Below, piece after piece: positions 58,909 through 64,000 of a DNA stretch of 64,000 nucleotides (position 1 is its first letter; every line of letters begins with the position of its first letter). Origin of the DNA: Tubulanus polymorphus. Its lineage: Eukaryota; Animalia; Nemertea. A model generated the notes under the pieces. That model had not been told where the DNA came from. It saw only the letters and a program-made list of their open reading frames with translations, and did not search any database. The DNA is taken from assembly GCF_964204645.1 (NCBI RefSeq), contig NC_134032.1, positions 8,420,275 to 8,484,274 on the forward strand. The letters are read 5' to 3'. The position numbers and the translations under genes were made by a program.

Positions 58909-60364
58909 TTACATTTCCTTAGTAGGAAACATAAACAAATTTTTGTTAGTGCAATCTGTCAGGTAATGTGTGTAATAATTGTGACCCGGTGTACTCTGAA
59001 GCTATTTCTAAAGAAAACGTCTATGCAAGCTATGCGATAGTCGCCTTCGAATTCATGGTTATTTTGTAAATGTGTCATTTGGATCCCAACTGAGGTGACT
59101 TAAGCAAGTGATTTTACTTTAGTTGAATAAGCTTATGGCTAATGATTTAATTAAAATCGTTAGGGTATAACGAATAAACAGACACTTACTTGAGAGTAAA
59201 GAAATGAAAAATCTCTCAATTTATGACATTTCATATCATTTGGAGAAACAATGTTATTACTGTTTCTCTATGAAAATGACATTTCTTCAGAAATTTGCAG
59301 TTTTTAAATTACAAATACCACTTGTGGGAATTTCATTATTTGTTAGAGTATAATGTGACTAGTTAAAATTATATGTAGAATCATATTTATTAGAAATGCA
59401 TTTTGGGGTGTAGGGGTGTGTTAAGATGTGAGTTAAAGTGGGTGGAAGAAGGACTAGGTAGGGTAGGTTTAGTTTTGGGCTATGGGATTGACGCCGTACG
59501 AACTGGCGTATCAGGGCAAGGAGCAGGTGTGTCTGAGGTGGGGGTGCTGTATCACTGAAGTTAAATTCGGTGGTTGGGGACAGGGTGAGAGGCATAGTGA
59601 ACCTGAGGTTTGGAGACATGTCTAGGGTGGGGTTATTTGGTTTATCATGATGGAGTGAGGTAGTCTGAGCTGACCAAGGGTTTAGTAAGTTTCAGGGTTT
59701 TGGGTTCAAGATAGCAACTTAGGTGCCATAGAACAAATATATGTGTATTTAAACATAATAGATTCAAATATCAATATAATTCGTCCAACAAACATTTAAT
59801 GTCATATTTCATTATTCATTGCAATTTTTACATAGATGGTGTCATACTTATATTCAATGTATGTTTATCGCGTCGAATTTCGTGGTAATTTTGATATTTT
59901 ATACAATATTTGATGCAAGTCTTGGACATATAATCTGTCCAGCTGAATTGTTGTTTAATTATGAATCTATTAATTAGTAATTGTTAAAAAAAAACTTGTT
60001 ATTGATGATAACTTAAAAATGCTCCAATTATAACGCTCAAATTCAACCCAGAGCACAAAAAAATTGGGATTTATGGAAATTATGGCCGGATTGAAATTAT
60101 TTTGGATGATTAAAAAAGAACAAAAACGTTTATATATCAAGATAATTTGCTTTCATTTTCTGATGGCTTTTCATTTATTTGTGAATCCGAGTTGTAAATG
60201 GAAAGACGGTTTTTTGTATATACATTTCCGAAGTAATTATCATCGATTTACCCTTGAAATCAATTTATTCGGCAAATTCGAAACAGAATCAGATAGTTTT
60301 CGGGTTCGACCCTACAGGTCCGGATTAAGCGGGATTCGAACCTGATGATCAAGCCTAACGTCTA

Positions 60365-60570
60365 CCCGTTGGCGGAAATACCCGAGACCGGGCGCACATG
60401 CCGACTTAGTCTAGCGGAAATTCCCGAAGTGGCCCTGCTTAGCGTTCGGGTGTTTCCGGAAACTTCCGAGATGGCGATTCGAGACGTTCGGGAATTTCCG
60501 GAAACCGCCGACCTATGAACTCGCGATTTGATTGGCTGAGTTAGGATTTGGCACCGTTCTTTGAAACACA
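60365..60570 (+). promoter_or_regulatory. Putative cell-cycle promoter of the Emi1/2-family gene (E2F-like site, inverted CCAAT, CHR)
   Basis: TTGGCGGAAA at 60369-60378, ATTGG at 60531-60535, TTTGAA at 60560-60565, all in a CpG-rich patch. Likely non-coding exon ending at donor GTAAGT 60689; acceptor at 61632. Confidence 0.5.
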
Positions 60571-61662
60571 GCTGATGAGTAGAACTCAGTTTGATCGCAG
60601 TGAGCATCAGAAATAAACACGATATCTCCGGGAAAATTCGACGTATGATCGCAATTTACGTCTCTGAGTCCTTCGAAAATTGATGCAAGTAAGTAGAAAA
60701 CTCGAAAGAATTTAATCAGATTAATAGAAGTTAAAAAACTTCACTTGTTTCGGGAAAATGTTTGTCCGACCAAGAAGATCGCATTTTTTTGACAACTCGG
60801 ACCGGCGGGTGTAACTGCCTTTCAAAACCCCTCGCTTAACCGGGCTTCTCCACTGCCTTGGCATTTACTTAAGTTATTCAACTAGAACCCAATGACTGTA
60901 ACGAAACAAATTACATATATCACGAATTTTATTAGCCTTTTAACTTTGTTGATAGAAGAATTAGGATTTGTCTATTGTTTTGGAGCGCCACCACTCTGTC
61001 GGGATGGGAATGAAAATTCGGGGCATCACACACATCAGATCGAGGGCTAATCCCCAATCCTCTGCTGACTGGCTAGGAGATTTAACTGATTTCTTTCGGT
61101 AGGCCTAGTTTTTAGGATCGAAAAAGTTGGATCAGAAACAACTCGGCCAGTTAGCTGTTCATAGAGTTGTGCGATGAAGTTGATTTGCTAATTTAAAGGC
61201 GTGTAGGCCAAGTGGATTTTAAAATTTGTTTACAAATATTCAATACACTTTGCTGTTTGTCTGCTTATAATAAGCAAAACGCGAGTTATATTTTTTATAT
61301 AGGCCTATATAACAGAAAACCCACGATAGGCTTTATCTTTTTGATAAGGCCTATCTAGGCTATGCCTATGGGTTTTTCTGCCTAAGACCAATTTTGAAAA
61401 ATGTAGGTTCATTAGCGAAAAGTTGTCGAGGACTACCTCTGTGAGTATTTTCCTTGCTTGGAATAGAAGGTTTTTGAATTCTTTCAGTAAAATTACCAAG
61501 CAAACCGAGTAAAAGGCAATGCTTCCATTCAGATAGACAGTCGTGACTTCGAATAGGCCTTTTGCTATTGATTTTCCCCTGTTTGAACTATTCAAGTAAA
61601 AGATTTTATTTTATTTCCATATTTTTTTTCAGACAGATTCGAGATTATCATATAGCCTATAG

Positions 61663-63650
61663 ATGATTCAGTCAGCTATGGCCGAAACGGAATTCGAAGA
61701 ATATCTAGGTCGCGTCGACCCGGTTGTTGGCAATGTAAAAAACAATCGCAAACCGTCATCGTTGGCAGGTGTTGCAAACGGCGACGATAGCGCCGCGTTG
61801 TCGCTGCAGAAGGAACTATTCGCGTCGCATTTGAGCACGAGTACCCCGTGCGTGAAACGGCGTGTAGAAATTCTACCGAAACACGTCCATTTCTCGGATT
61901 CGATTTTGGATACTCCGAGCGCGCGGATTTTCGCCGAGAATTTGTCCGACGATGACGCGCTACCGCCGATCCCGAAATTAGGTTTCGAATCAATATGTTC
62001 GGATTACGGCGAGGATGCATCGGAATGCGGTCAGGACCTCGTCGACGGGTGTTTTAATTTCGCGTCGATGTCCGGGAGGAAGTTGTCGTCGATCGACGAG
62101 TTGGAGGTCACGTACATGCAGCTACACGATCGTGACAATCTAATGAAAGATAAATTTCGCAATGTCGCTGCGTCTTCGTCGAACTCGTTTGGGAGTCATT
62201 TGGACTCTGGCAGTCGTATAGACTCCGGATTTCACAGCGCGATATCCGAGCTGGACGACACCGGCGCCTCGTTGCCCCCGACCTCGAGTCGCGTACGAAA
62301 AGACTCCCTGTGCAGTCCTGCTTATAAGACACAGCGGTTGGAGCCGGCGACTCCTAAGTCGACCCGAAAGACTCAGGCAGAAGTGTCGGTTCGCCTTTCG
62401 TTCGATGATATTTGCTTGAAGTCGAATGATTCGGTGGTGTTGGCTGTGAAGAGCCCTGAGTCGATAGGAGAATGCTGTACAAAAAAGACCGTTCGCCGGT
62501 CGGAGAAGACTCCAGCCGATGTGTCAGTTAGATTGTCATTCGATGAAGTCCCTCTCAGAAATGACTCGAACTATAAGTCGGGGGAGTCGACTATGAGCAG
62601 CGGGGAAAAGTGCGGTCATAATATGGAACGAATTCCGATCGATGGTTGTTCTGATTCGAAAACATCGGAGCCATCGAAGTCGACTTCGTCAGTCAGCGCT
62701 GTGAAAAAATGTTATCTGCGATACGCTTCTAAGTGCGGCGTATCGTTGGAGTCGACTTCGAAAGGTCGTCATCAGTTTGCGAAGACTCCCGGCGATGTAT
62801 CGACGTGCAATTCATCGAACAGTTGTCATCCAAAGACTCCGGCCGATGTGGCGGTGCGTCTGTCGTTCGAGGACGTGTTGCGTATGCATTCCCCGCGCGA
62901 CCCAGCGAATTTGATCGGACGCAAGATGGGCGTCGATCGGGTGGACGTGGTCGCCGAGCTCGACGTTCGCAACGTCGTCGGCTGCCTGCGCGCGATACTG
63001 GCTGGTCTCGACGGCGCCGATCTGTGTCGGATGGCGGCGGTCAGTCGTACGTGGCGGCGAGTTTGTCTGAACGATTCGACGGCGAATAAACGCCGCGTCG
63101 ATCATCTGAACGAGCTCAACGCGAAACACGCCGAACTCGGGAAGGTTAGCGTTTAATTCGAATGCATCGAAGTCGCGGGGCGAAACGCGGCGGACGAAAC
63201 AACGTCGAAATTTTGTTTCGCCCGATCAGGGTCCCCTGCGTTTCCTTTGCAAACTCCTAAAGGGATGATTCATTTATTACGTACGCATGAAATTTGAATT
63301 TTTCAACCCCCCTCTGAACGCAAAATCGGCCATTTAATCATATACATTAAGCATTACAGTACGCAATTGCACTGACCCCCTCCCCTAATCTGTACGTAAT
63401 AAATGAATGACCCCAAACCGATTATGAAATCATTGAAAACTTAGATTTCTTCTCTCCGCAGGAAAATTACGGCTCGTCGATGAAGAAAAAGCTGAATCGA
63501 TCTCCGTCTAAAACGGTGAAGGATTCGTTGAATCGTAAAGCGCTGGCGTATCGGATCATACAACCGACGGTCGATCCTTCAATGCCGGCCGGGATCGCCG
63601 GTTTACAGTCACCCACTAAAACATGCAGTCGTTATCAGTTATATATGCAG
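61663..63650 (+). CDS. Emi1/Emi2 (FBXO5/FBXO43)-family F-box APC/C inhibitor, 5' portion; C-terminal ZBR exon(s) expected beyond the window
   Basis: Coding exons 61663-63144 and 63462-63650. DSGFHS degron (62221-62238); LIGRKMGVDRVDVVAEL followed by F-box ILAGLDGADLCRMAAVSRTWRRVC; KEN across the exon junction; RKAL D-box-like motif. Confidence 0.85.
63262..63414. mobile_element. Tourist/Harbinger-like MITE in the F-box gene intron
   Basis: GGGATGATTCATTTATTACGTAC ... GTACGTAATAAATGAATGACCCC (~23-bp TIR), with AAA on both flanks. Confidence 0.7.
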
Positions 63651-63729
63651 GTTAGTACCCTGTGGTCTTATAGTAAAGACTCCGCCTTACTACGGAGAGA
63701 GGAGCCTAGGAAGGCCTATCGATTTAAAT

Positions 63730-63812
63730 TTTTTGGTTTACCTTTGTCAGCAGTATGAGGTTGGCATTGAGCCAATACATGTAAAATCGCGGTACGTTTT
63801 TTTATGTGAGCA
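63730..63812. repeat. Dispersed repeat shared with ~32408-32492
   Basis: TTTTTGGTTTACCTTTGTCAGCAGTATGAGGTTGGCATTGAGCCAAT.CATGTAAAATC.CGGTACGTTTTTT is near identical at both sites. Probably the terminus of a mobile element. Confidence 0.75.
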
Positions 63813-64000
63813 TATTTAGCCCACTTGGGACTTTAGTCCCAGCGGGCTATTGCGTTCACTTTTCGGCCGTCCGTAGACGGAATCCAGTTATTTTGGGAAG
63901 TTTTGAAGACGCTTCAAGGTAATGTCTTGATATTTGGTTTACACATGTATCTACCCTAGACACATCTTCAGCCCAAAAACTGGCCATGTCAGATTCAAGA

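Noticed and set aside
60325-60360. Possible tRNA gene (reverse B-box GGGATTCGAACC); likewise at ~9478 and ~1458
   Set aside because: No cloverleaf or properly spaced A-box could be built; more consistent with SINE remnants.
61676-63129. Antisense and alternate-frame ORFs over the F-box exon, and similar ones over EYS and GPCR exons
   Set aside because: Shadow ORFs of GC-richer coding sequence with no motifs.

Overview
AT-rich, intron-rich animal genomic DNA, most likely an invertebrate of lophotrochozoan type (species cannot be determined from sequence). All host genes are on the + strand. In order: (1) the 3' part of an ADAMTS-like M12B metalloprotease that stops right after its disintegrin-like domain; (2) two tandem single-exon FMRFamide/Srw-like class A GPCR paralogs, the first frameshifted before TM7; (3) a full-length 5.3-kb non-LTR retrotransposon (probably RTEX clade) with a perfect 13-bp TSD; (4) a 35-exon, ~2845-aa eyes shut (EYS) gene with a third GPCR nested in intron 3 and many MITEs and minisatellites in its introns; (5) the 5' part of an Emi1/Emi2 (FBXO5/FBXO43)-family F-box gene behind an E2F/CCAAT/CHR-type promoter. 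The most notable observation is in the LINE. ORF2 has no AUG before its endonuclease domain and lies in frame directly behind the single UAG that ends ORF1, joined by a stop-free linker of about 110 codons. This suggests gag-pol-like stop-codon readthrough in a LINE. All exon coordinates and domain calls were read by hand, without database searches.
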